Positions 34,172-41,704 of a stretch of DNA of 64,000 nucleotides are shown here, one piece after another (the first letter of the stretch is position 1; every line of letters begins with the position of its first letter). A program made the position numbers and the translations under genes. Below the pieces are notes generated by a model. That model searched no databases. It was given only the letters and a program-made list of their open reading frames with translations, and had not been told where the DNA came from. The stretch covers positions 146,233-210,232 of the forward strand of contig JAPPFJ010000025.1 of the NCBI GenBank assembly GCA_028877215.1, written 5' to 3'. Source of the stretch: Gemmatimonadota bacterium (GTDB lineage: Bacteria; Latescibacterota; UBA2968; GCA-2709665).

Positions 34172-36475
34172 ATGGCCACGAAGACCGAAGACTATCTTGG
34201 CATCGAAAGCTACAATGTGGTGGGAACCCGGCCGATTCGCCACGACGGCACGGATAAGGTAACGGGCCGTGCGAAGTACGGAGCGGATACCCATACGTCG
34301 GGTGTGTTGATCGGTAAAACCCTCCGCAGCCCGCATGCGCACGCCCGTATTCTGTCAGTCGATACGAGCGCCGCCGAGGCCCTGCCGGGCGTAAAGGCCG
34401 TGATGACCGGGGCCGACCTCGCGCAGCACTACGAGGACAAGGTGGCCGCCATCGGGGAGGAGTCCGTAAACCTTCCCGACCTCATAAAAAACGTGCTGGC
34501 TTCGGACAAAGTGCTTTACGAGGGGCATGCGGTCGCTGCTGTCGCGGCAACCACGTCCCATATTGCCGAGGAAGCCCTGGAACTGATTCGTGTGGAATAC
34601 GACGTTCTGGAGCCCGTGCTGGACGTCCGTCCCGCCATGGAAGACGGCGCGCCCATCCTGCACGAAAACCTGAGAATGAAATCACTGGGTCAGACAACGG
34701 ATAAACCGGGAAACGTCGCCAGTCACTTCCAGCATTCCCTTGGCGACATCGAGCGTGGATTCGCCGAAGCCGATGTCGTGGTTGAACGGGAGTTCAGCAC
34801 CCAGACGGTACATCAGGGGTACATAGAACCCCATAACGCGACGGCTTATTGGAATCTCGACGATCAGATCACCATCTGGACGAGCACGCAGGGGCCGTTC
34901 GAGGTACGAGACCAGGTCGCGGTTGTTTTGGGAGTGCCCGCCTCCAGGGTCCGGGTGGTGCCGGCGGAGATCGGCGGTGGGTTCGGCGGCAAGTTCCGCG
35001 TCTACGAGGAACCGACGGCCGCCGTGATGTCCAGGATGACGGGCAAGCCCGTCAAGATGGTAATGAGCCGGACGGAGGTCCTCAAGGCTACGGGTCCGAC
35101 GCCGGGTTCCTACATGAAAGTGAAGATGGGCGCGACGAACGACGGCAGTCTGGTCGCCGCCCAGGCGTATCTCGCCTACGAAGCCGGGGCCTATCCCGGA
35201 TCGCCGGTGGGCGCAGGCGCTGGCTGTATTTTTTCTCCTTACGACATTCCCAATGTGGTTATCGATGGGTACGACGTGGTCGTGAACAAGCCACAGACCT
35301 CGGCATATCGCGCGCCCGGAGCGACCAATGGCGCATTCGCGGCGGAGACGGTCATCGACGAGATTTGCGAGATTCTCGACGCCGATCCCCTGGAATTTCG
35401 CCTGAATAACTCCGCCAGGGAAGGCAGCCGGCGGGCCGACGGTCCCGTCTTTCCGCGAATCGGCCACGACGAATGCGTGAAAGCGGCGATGGAGTCAGAC
35501 CATTACCGATCCGGACTCGACGGACCGAATCGGGGTCGGGGTGTGGCTTCCGGATTCTGGTTCAATGGAGGCGGCACGTCGACCGTTGTGGTCAGCGTAA
35601 ACGCCGACGGCACGGTCAGCCTGGTCGAAGGCTCACCCGATATCGGGGGTACGCGGACGTCCATTGCAATGCAGGTCGCGGAGGTACTGGGCATCCCCGC
35701 AGCCCAGGTAAAACCCATGGTGGTGGACACCGACGCCATCGGACAGACGGACGGTACCGGCGGCAGCAGGGTGACCTTCGCCACGGGCTGGGCGGGCTAC
35801 GAGGCCGCAGTCGACGCGAAACGCCAGATGGAGGCGAGGGCGGCGAAATTGTGGGAGATATCTGAGGACGACGTGGTGTTTGACGGCGGTGTTTTCAGAT
35901 CCAGGTCGGCGCCCGAGAAATCCATCACGTTTACCGAATTGGCGGGTAAGCTGGGCGCGACGGGGGGCCCTGTGGTCGGTCGGGCGGCAGTGGCGGGAAA
36001 GGCGGCGGGGCCGGCGTACGCCGTCATGGTCGTGGACGTGGAAGTCGATCCCGATACCGGGAAGGTAGACATACTCAGGGTAACCATCGTACAGGATGCG
36101 GGGAAGGCCATACATCCTTCGTACGTCGAAGGACAGATGCAGGGCGGCGTGGCGCAGGGAATCGGATGGGCATTGAACGAAGAATACTTCTACAATGAAG
36201 AAGGCGACCTGGTTAACGCCAGCCTTCTGGACTACCGGATGCCCACCTGCCTGGACCTGCCGATGATCGAGACGATAATCGTGGAAGTTCCCAATCCGGG
36301 CCACCCGTACGGTGTGCGTGGCGTGGGGGAAGTACCAATTGTCCCGCCGCCCGCCGCCGTGGCGAATGCGATCTACGATGCCGTGGGCGTGCGTCTGCGC
36401 GACCTGCCCATGTCACCCGGCCGTGTCTTGAAGACACTCATTGAGAAAAACGGCGGAGGCAACGGGAGAGGGTGA
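34172..36475 (+). CDS. Molybdopterin-binding large subunit of a xanthine dehydrogenase-family hydroxylase (copy 2, tandem paralogue)
   Basis: ORF 34163..36475; the ATG at 34172 is preferred. It is colinear with copy 1 and shares long identical runs with it (RSPHAHARI, VHQGYIEP.NATA.WN, LLDYRMPTCLDLPMIETIIVEVPNPGHPYGVRGVGE). Confidence 0.9.
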   Translation: MATKTEDYLGIESYNVVGTRPIRHDGTDKVTGRAKYGADTHTSGVLIGKTLRSPHAHARILSVDTSAAEALPGVKAVMTGADLAQHYEDKVAAIGEESVNLPDLIKNVLASDKVLYEGHAVAAVAATTSHIAEEALELIRVEYDVLEPVLDVRPAMEDGAPILHENLRMKSLGQTTDKPGNVASHFQHSLGDIERGFAEADVVVEREFSTQTVHQGYIEPHNATAYWNLDDQITIWTSTQGPFEVRDQVAVVLGVPASRVRVVPAEIGGGFGGKFRVYEEPTAAVMSRMTGKPVKMVMSRTEVLKATGPTPGSYMKVKMGATNDGSLVAAQAYLAYEAGAYPGSPVGAGAGCIFSPYDIPNVVIDGYDVVVNKPQTSAYRAPGATNGAFAAETVIDEICEILDADPLEFRLNNSAREGSRRADGPVFPRIGHDECVKAAMESDHYRSGLDGPNRGRGVASGFWFNGGGTSTVVVSVNADGTVSLVEGSPDIGGTRTSIAMQVAEVLGIPAAQVKPMVVDTDAIGQTDGTGGSRVTFATGWAGYEAAVDAKRQMEARAAKLWEISEDDVVFDGGVFRSRSAPEKSITFTELAGKLGATGGPVVGRAAVAGKAAGPAYAVMVVDVEVDPDTGKVDILRVTIVQDAGKAIHPSYVEGQMQGGVAQGIGWALNEEYFYNEEGDLVNASLLDYRMPTCLDLPMIETIIVEVPNPGHPYGVRGVGEVPIVPPPAAVANAIYDAVGVRLRDLPMSPGRVLKTLIEKNGGGNGRG

Positions 36476-36478
36476 ACC

Positions 36479-36745
36479 ATGCCAGAGGTCTGGATACCGT
36501 CCCTTATGCGCAGTCTCACCCACGGCCAAGAGCAGGTTCGGGTTCCCGGCGAGACGATACGGGAGGTTATTGAGAACCTTGAAGCGCGGTTTCCCGGAAT
36601 CAGCGAGCGAATCTGCGAAGATGGCCGTATCAGGCCCGGTCTGGCGGTTGCCATCGACGGCGTGGTCGGCAACGACGGCATGCGTCAGAGGGTAGCCGAG
36701 GAGAGCGAGGTTCACTTTGTTACCGCCATCAGTGGCGGACGTTAA
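36479..36745 (+). CDS. MoaD/ThiS-family ubiquitin-like sulfur-carrier protein ending ..SGG-R
   Basis: 88 aa, starting 4 nt after the large-subunit stop. IPSLMRSLTHG.EQVRVPGETIREVIENLEARFPG.. and the C-terminus VHFVTAISGGR fit the beta-grasp MoaD/CysO pattern, with one residue after the Gly-Gly. Confidence 0.7.
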   Translation: MPEVWIPSLMRSLTHGQEQVRVPGETIREVIENLEARFPGISERICEDGRIRPGLAVAIDGVVGNDGMRQRVAEESEVHFVTAISGGR

Positions 36746-36767
36746 CGATAGATGGTCAAGCTTCTGT

Positions 36768-36808
36768 CGGCCAGTGGTTTGCGTCTAGCCGCTGGCTGTT
36801 TCTTTTTT
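36768..36808 (+). terminator. Rho-independent terminator closing the Mo-hydroxylase operon
   Basis: 10-bp stem CGGCCAGTGG/CCGCTGGCTG (two G:U pairs), 11-nt loop, then TTTCTTTTTT. Confidence 0.7.
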
Positions 36809-36845
36809 CAGGCGCAGGTGCGTCTGCTGCATCCGGGCAGCGAGT

Positions 36846-37937
36846 ATGGCCCTCAATATCGGCATTATCGGCCTGCCAAATGTGGGCAAGTCGACCCTGT
36901 TTAACGCTTTGACCAGGGCGGGCGTTGAAGCCTCGAACTATCCCTTTTGTACCGTTGAACCGAATGTCGGTGTCGTGGAAGTGCCTGACGGGCGTCTTCA
37001 GCGGTTGAATGAGCTGCTTCACCCCGAAGCCTGCATACCCTCGTTCGTTCACTTTGTGGATATCGCCGGCCTGGTCAGGGGAGCCAGCCGCGGCGAAGGC
37101 CTGGGCAACAGGTTTCTGGCGCGGATTCGGGAGGTCGACGCGCTTGTTCATCTGGTACGATGTTACGAAAGCGGGAATGTGCCGCACGTGGACGGCGGGG
37201 TGGATCCCGTGCGGGACGTTGAGACCGTCGAAACCGAACTGAAACTGGCCGATCTCGAATCGGCCGAAGGAATCGCCCGCCGGCTCGAGAAACCCCTGCG
37301 TTCGCATCCGCGCGCCCCGGAACGCGAAGCATACGAAGCGCTTGGATTGGCCATCGAAGGTCTGGGGCGGTCCGTGCCCGTACGGGAACAGGATCTGACG
37401 GAAGCGCAGTCGGAAGCTCTCGTGCCCTTCAGTTTTCTTACCGCCAAACCCGTGCTGTACATATCGAACGTTTCGGAGACCGATCTGCCGGACGGGGGCG
37501 CACCCACGGCCCGGTTGCGGGCGCTGGTTGGCAGCGGCAACGTACTTCCGCTGGCGGCGCAGATTGAGGCGGAGCTTGGCGAACTGTCACCGGCCGACCA
37601 GAAGCTCTTTGTCGCGGACATGGGGTTGAAACAGCCGGGCGTGAGCCGGTTGATTCGCGCGGGATACGACCTGCTGGGGTTGATTACCTTCTATACCACG
37701 ACAAACGAAAAGCTGCAGGCCTGGGAAATTCGTGAAGGCACGCGGGCCGCGCCGGCCGCAGGAAGGATTCACACCGACATGGAGCGCGGGTTCATCCGGG
37801 CCGAAGTTGCCGGCTATAAGGACGTCCTGGCCGCCGGCAGCATCGCCGGATTGCGCGAAACGGGCAGAATGCGCGCTGAGGGCGGACAATATGCCGTTCA
37901 GGACGGCGACGTGATTCGATTTCTCTTCAACGAATAA
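36846..37937 (+). CDS. ychF: Ribosome-binding ATPase YchF
   Basis: 363 aa. [52 protein letters not shown], and the C-terminal TGS-like region GFIRAEV. Confidence 0.95.
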   Translation: MALNIGIIGLPNVGKSTLFNALTRAGVEASNYPFCTVEPNVGVVEVPDGRLQRLNELLHPEACIPSFVHFVDIAGLVRGASRGEGLGNRFLARIREVDALVHLVRCYESGNVPHVDGGVDPVRDVETVETELKLADLESAEGIARRLEKPLRSHPRAPEREAYEALGLAIEGLGRSVPVREQDLTEAQSEALVPFSFLTAKPVLYISNVSETDLPDGGAPTARLRALVGSGNVLPLAAQIEAELGELSPADQKLFVADMGLKQPGVSRLIRAGYDLLGLITFYTTTNEKLQAWEIREGTRAAPAAGRIHTDMERGFIRAEVAGYKDVLAAGSIAGLRETGRMRAEGGQYAVQDGDVIRFLFNE

Positions 37938-38016
37938 GCCCACGATGGCCGGCGGCGGCAGTCATCGCAGGGACTGTGCCGACCACGGGGCGCTCAAAAA
38001 GACAGGGGGTAACCCT

Positions 38017-38586
38017 ATGGGCAATTGTGTACGCGTGAATGTCGGAGTAATTGTTGCCTGCCTCACAATCGGTCATTTTCCGGCAGACGCGCTCGGACTG
38101 CGCGGTCTCGGCGTCAAGGTCGGCGTGGACCTGACCCGGCAGGAGTCCGCCGAGTACGTCGGGTACGAGTTCGACTCCGCGAGGTTGACGCTTGGCGGAC
38201 ACGTCGATTTCGGATCCATCTTCGTTCCCCGTCTCCATCTTGTTCCTGGCGTGGATCTGGTGATCCAGGACAACTTGAAGGTCTACTCGCTGAACGGCGA
38301 GGCCCAGTTCATTTTCGGCGAGGGCAGCACCTACGGGTACGTGGGCGGTGGAATCGGCGTGCATCTCACCCGGTTCGACATTGTAGAAACGGGCGGACAG
38401 GGAAACTCGATCAACGTGGCTGTTCCGGACGACACGAAGGTGACCCTGAATATTCCACTCGGGTTCCGAAGACGGGTCGGACCGGGAGTACTGTGGTTCG
38501 GTGAACTCAAGATGATTATCGCCGACCAGGAGGAGGACTCCTCGTTGAGGTTAAGTCTGGGACTGGCCTTCGGCGCGTCGGATTGA
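38017..38586 (+). CDS. Hypothetical exported protein, possibly a small outer-membrane beta-barrel
   Basis: ORF 37945..38586. The ATG at 38017 is preceded by AGGGGG. It has an N-terminal hydrophobic segment and alternating-hydrophobicity strands (GVKVGVDL, YGYVGGGIGVHL, LRLSLGLAFG). I recognise no family. Confidence 0.45.
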   Translation: MGNCVRVNVGVIVACLTIGHFPADALGLRGLGVKVGVDLTRQESAEYVGYEFDSARLTLGGHVDFGSIFVPRLHLVPGVDLVIQDNLKVYSLNGEAQFIFGEGSTYGYVGGGIGVHLTRFDIVETGGQGNSINVAVPDDTKVTLNIPLGFRRRVGPGVLWFGELKMIIADQEEDSSLRLSLGLAFGASD

Positions 38587-38707
38587 GGACCCGTAATGCG
38601 GGCCAGACACCGGCTTCTGTGGGGCGAGTCTACATATCACCCGGAATGGATGCCGAAGCAGCGGGCCTCCACGGACGCCCGTGTGAATAGAAAGTAGAGG
38701 AGAAGGC

Positions 38708-39283
38708 ATGGCCGAAGACAAGATCGAGCGGATCGGGTATCATATCTCGGAAATCATGAAAGTGCTCAACCTGGATATGAAGGATCCGAACCTGAGGGAC
38801 ACGCCCCGGCGCTTCGCACGGATGTACCTCGAGATTTTCAAGGGGCTCGACGAAGACAACGAACCCGACGTCAGGATGTTTCCCAATGAAGACGGGTTCG
38901 ACAATATGGTGGCCATGAACGATATTTCGTTCTATTCGATGTGTGCGCACCATCTGTTGCCCTTCTGGGGCAGGGTTCACGTGGGCTATATTCCCACGGA
39001 GCAGATCGTGGGTTTAAGCAAACTGGTGCGGATCGTGGAGTATTACGCGCGACGGCCGCAGATCCAGGAGCGGATGACCCACCAGATTGTCGAATTTCTG
39101 GAACGTGAACTTGCACCCAAGGGGTCAATCGTGGTGATTGAGGCCCGCCATCTGTGTATGGAAATGCGAGGCGTGGAAAAACCGGGCGCCTGGGCGACGA
39201 CCTCCGCCGTCCGGGGCGCATTCAGGGATCGCACAACCCGTGAGGAATTTCTCGAATTGCTTCAGCGGAATCGGGAGGGTTGA
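38708..39283 (+). CDS. folE: GTP cyclohydrolase I (FolE, type 1)
   Basis: 191 aa. DTPRRFARMY, FYSMCAHHLLPF.G..HVGYIP, GLSKL.RIVE.YARRPQIQERMT. Confidence 0.95.
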   Translation: MAEDKIERIGYHISEIMKVLNLDMKDPNLRDTPRRFARMYLEIFKGLDEDNEPDVRMFPNEDGFDNMVAMNDISFYSMCAHHLLPFWGRVHVGYIPTEQIVGLSKLVRIVEYYARRPQIQERMTHQIVEFLERELAPKGSIVVIEARHLCMEMRGVEKPGAWATTSAVRGAFRDRTTREEFLELLQRNREG

Positions 39284-39334
39284 GGAGGAAGTCAGCCAGA
39301 TTGCCGGCCGGCGGCCGCAGAGACGGGAAGCGGG

Positions 39335-39781
39335 TCATCCCTTGGCGCGATTGTCGTACATGTCCGCCGTATGCAGATCGAATGGTTCATGCGCCGGGTT
39401 CTTTCGGGCGCCGCGGAAGGCGGTCTTGCAACTGTAGCAGATCGTGATTTCCGGCAGACTCAGGTACAGCAGGAGGTCGATAATCGCGGCGGCGCCCAGG
39501 CAGGCATAGAAGTATACCGGGCGGTCCAGCGCCACGAAGACCAGGCCGACCAGCGCAAAGAGAACGGCAATGCCCAGACCGATTTTTCCGTTGAAGTCTC
39601 TCTGAACGTAAAAATCGGTCTTTTCGCATCGGGGGCAGACGTCGACCTGGTTATGGTGCAGGATTCTCTCAGAGAGGACCATCGGCAGGTGCCGGCCGCA
39701 GGCCTCACAGGATGATTCAGCACAAGTACTCTGGACCCGGTTGCCGGTCTGGCATTCCGGACAGCGAAAGCTGATTTCCAT
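39335..39781 (-). CDS. Membrane protein with two zinc-ribbon-like CxxC pairs
   Basis: ORF 39335..39835. The ATG at 39781 gives MEISFRCPECQ...CEACG, then CPRCEK, two TM helices and a final CYSC. It starts 5 nt after the stop of the upstream membrane-protein gene. Confidence 0.55.
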   Translation of the reverse strand: MEISFRCPECQTGNRVQSTCAESSCEACGRHLPMVLSERILHHNQVDVCPRCEKTDFYVQRDFNGKIGLGIAVLFALVGLVFVALDRPVYFYACLGAAAIIDLLLYLSLPEITICYSCKTAFRGARKNPAHEPFDLHTADMYDNRAKG

Positions 39782-39785
39782 GTGC

Positions 39786-40604
39786 TTAAACCGGTATGTT
39801 GCTTGTAAAGAAGATGTAGGCGGAAACACATTCACCGATCAGGACGAATATCGTGGCCACGTAAAGCAAACCCGTCGCCGACTGGGTCGAGTGTATCTTG
39901 ACGGTCTGCCAGACCATGAATCCCACGATGAGCGGACCGATCAGTCCGAATAGCACCCGTACCCAGAGAAAAAGACCGCCCAGTCCCCAGAAAGACCGGA
40001 GCGTTTCCCGCACTTGAGTATCCCCGTCCAACCAGAACACGTATATCGTGAGCGCGGTCAATATCGTCTTGGCCAGGATGGCGACGAGCATCATCCGCGT
40101 GAGTGTCCGCAGAGGCCGGATGTGGAGCGCGGGAACCACCAGGTACCAGTGGCCAAGGATCATTGCGAAAATGACGCTGCCCAGGAACAGGGCGGAGAGC
40201 AGGAAGCAGGCGGCGGTCAATACGCTGGCAGCGTAAGGGGAACACGCGGTGCAAGCGAGAAGCCCGTCCGACACAATGCCGGCGGCCCCGGTCAGACCTG
40301 CGACGGCAAGCAACGCTTTCTGGGGTCCCGTACGTTCGGCGACCACCGCGATAAGGTGGCCGAACGCGAGCACGGCGCAGGCCGCAAACAGCCTGCGCGG
40401 CAGCAGGGAAACCGTCGAGCCAGCCGCCGCTGGTGTCAGAAGAGGGAAGGGCCCCGCCCACAGTGCCAGCGCGAGAAATACCAGACACGCGAGTGTGCAG
40501 AACCGGAAGAAGCGTTTGCCCGCCTCGAGCGGAACGACGAGCATCGATAACAACCCGCCGACGGCGAGCTGGCTGAAGACGAAGTAAACGAGCGTGCGGT
40601 ACAT
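39786..40604 (-). CDS. Polytopic integral membrane protein of unknown function
   Basis: 272 aa with about eight hydrophobic segments. The N-terminus YFVFSQLAVGG is reminiscent of DmsC/NrfD-type anchors, but I cannot confirm that. Confidence 0.5.
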   Translation of the reverse strand: MYRTLVYFVFSQLAVGGLLSMLVVPLEAGKRFFRFCTLACLVFLALALWAGPFPLLTPAAAGSTVSLLPRRLFAACAVLAFGHLIAVVAERTGPQKALLAVAGLTGAAGIVSDGLLACTACSPYAASVLTAACFLLSALFLGSVIFAMILGHWYLVVPALHIRPLRTLTRMMLVAILAKTILTALTIYVFWLDGDTQVRETLRSFWGLGGLFLWVRVLFGLIGPLIVGFMVWQTVKIHSTQSATGLLYVATIFVLIGECVSAYIFFTSNIPV

Positions 40605-40737
40605 AAGATCGTTGGGCTTTTCCGGTTCAGGACTTCAGCGGCAACCGTTTGTCAATATATCGGAAAAGCGTCGTATTGGAAAACAAAAAAGCCAGGATGG
40701 GGAGGCCGGCGGGGCTAATCTGCCGTGCACTTGCAGG

Positions 40738-41682
40738 ATGACCGCGAATTGGAGCCGTATCACAGAATCCGCGCCCTGGCCACCCAGAGATTCGCCCGGT
40801 GCCGCGGTTTTCCGGGACCGGATCTGGTTGCTGGGGGGCTGGCAGATGCTGGGCCCGGGCGACTTCCCGCGTCTCAACGACGTTTGGCACTCCGCCGACG
40901 GCATGACGTGGGAATGCGTGTTGCGGACAGCGCCGTGGCCGGCGCGGAATCTTGCGGGCTGCGTCGTCCATGGCGATCGGATCTGGTTGATGGGCGGATT
41001 CGACGGCGTCCATACGCTCGGCGACGTCTGGTGTTCAAAAGACGGCCGGCATTGGGATTGCGCGACGCGGCGCGCCCCATGGGGTTGTCGAGGCGCCTTC
41101 GGTAGCCTGGTATATAAAAAGCGGATCTGGGTTCTCGGCGGGCTCAACTGGGAGCAAGAGGCGCATTTCGGCGACGTCTGGTGCTCGGACGACGGTGTCC
41201 GGTGGGACCTGGTTGAGAAGTGCTCGCCATGGGCGCCGAGGGCCATGTTTACCGCCATCGAATACAGAAACAGGATCTGGATTCTGGGTGGGGGAAACTA
41301 CCACGATCGTCGGATCAACTACAATGACGTCTGGTGTTCGACGGACGGCCTGACGTGGGAGCGGGAGGCTGTCGATGCCGGATGGGGCCCCCGCCGGTTC
41401 CACAGTTCCTTTGTCCACGCCGGCAGGATGTGGATTGCCGGTGGCGCCATCGAGCCGTCCATCAATGTGAACGACGTCTGGTGTTCCGTCGACGGTCGGA
41501 CTTGGCGGCAATCCATCCGCTGTGCGCCCTGGGGGGTGCGCCACGCGTTTCCCTGCCTGGATTTTCAGCGCAGAATCTGGCTGCTCGGTGGGTACAGCGG
41601 GTCCATTGCGGGTAGTGTCGTCTATAACGACGTCTGGACTCTTGAATCACCCGATTCGGCCAATGGGGCCGAGACGGCCTGA
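40738..41682 (+). CDS. Six-bladed Kelch/galactose-oxidase-like beta-propeller protein, no signal peptide
   Basis: ORF 40594..41682; ATG at 40738. Six very regular blades of the form DVWCS.DG..W......APW..R.........RIW.LGG, plus a closing DVWTL strand. Confidence 0.75.
   Translation: MTANWSRITESAPWPPRDSPGAAVFRDRIWLLGGWQMLGPGDFPRLNDVWHSADGMTWECVLRTAPWPARNLAGCVVHGDRIWLMGGFDGVHTLGDVWCSKDGRHWDCATRRAPWGCRGAFGSLVYKKRIWVLGGLNWEQEAHFGDVWCSDDGVRWDLVEKCSPWAPRAMFTAIEYRNRIWILGGGNYHDRRINYNDVWCSTDGLTWEREAVDAGWGPRRFHSSFVHAGRMWIAGGAIEPSINVNDVWCSVDGRTWRQSIRCAPWGVRHAFPCLDFQRRIWLLGGYSGSIAGSVVYNDVWTLESPDSANGAETA
40879..41640 (+). repeat. In-frame tandem repeats (blade units of 144-156 nt) inside the Kelch-like gene
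   Basis: GACGT(C/T)TGG repeat anchors start at 40879, 41023, 41173, 41326, 41473 and 41629. Confidence 0.8.
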
Positions 41683-41704
41683 CGGACCCCTGAGGCGTTC
41701 TCAC

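Noticed and set aside
30424-36475. Possibility that the M-S-L genes encode a form I aerobic CO dehydrogenase (coxMSL).
   Set aside because: - I did not see the characteristic AY.CSFR active-site loop in either large subunit.
- No coxDEF-type accessory genes are present.
- I therefore called it only a xanthine dehydrogenase-family hydroxylase of unknown substrate.
38587-38707. Possible riboswitch in the ~120-nt folE leader (THF-II/folE motif) and in the ~110-nt leader of the Mo-hydroxylase operon (Moco motif, 30313..30423).
   Set aside because: I could not recognise the conserved cores of these RNA classes by eye. An Infernal/Rfam scan is needed before making any claim.
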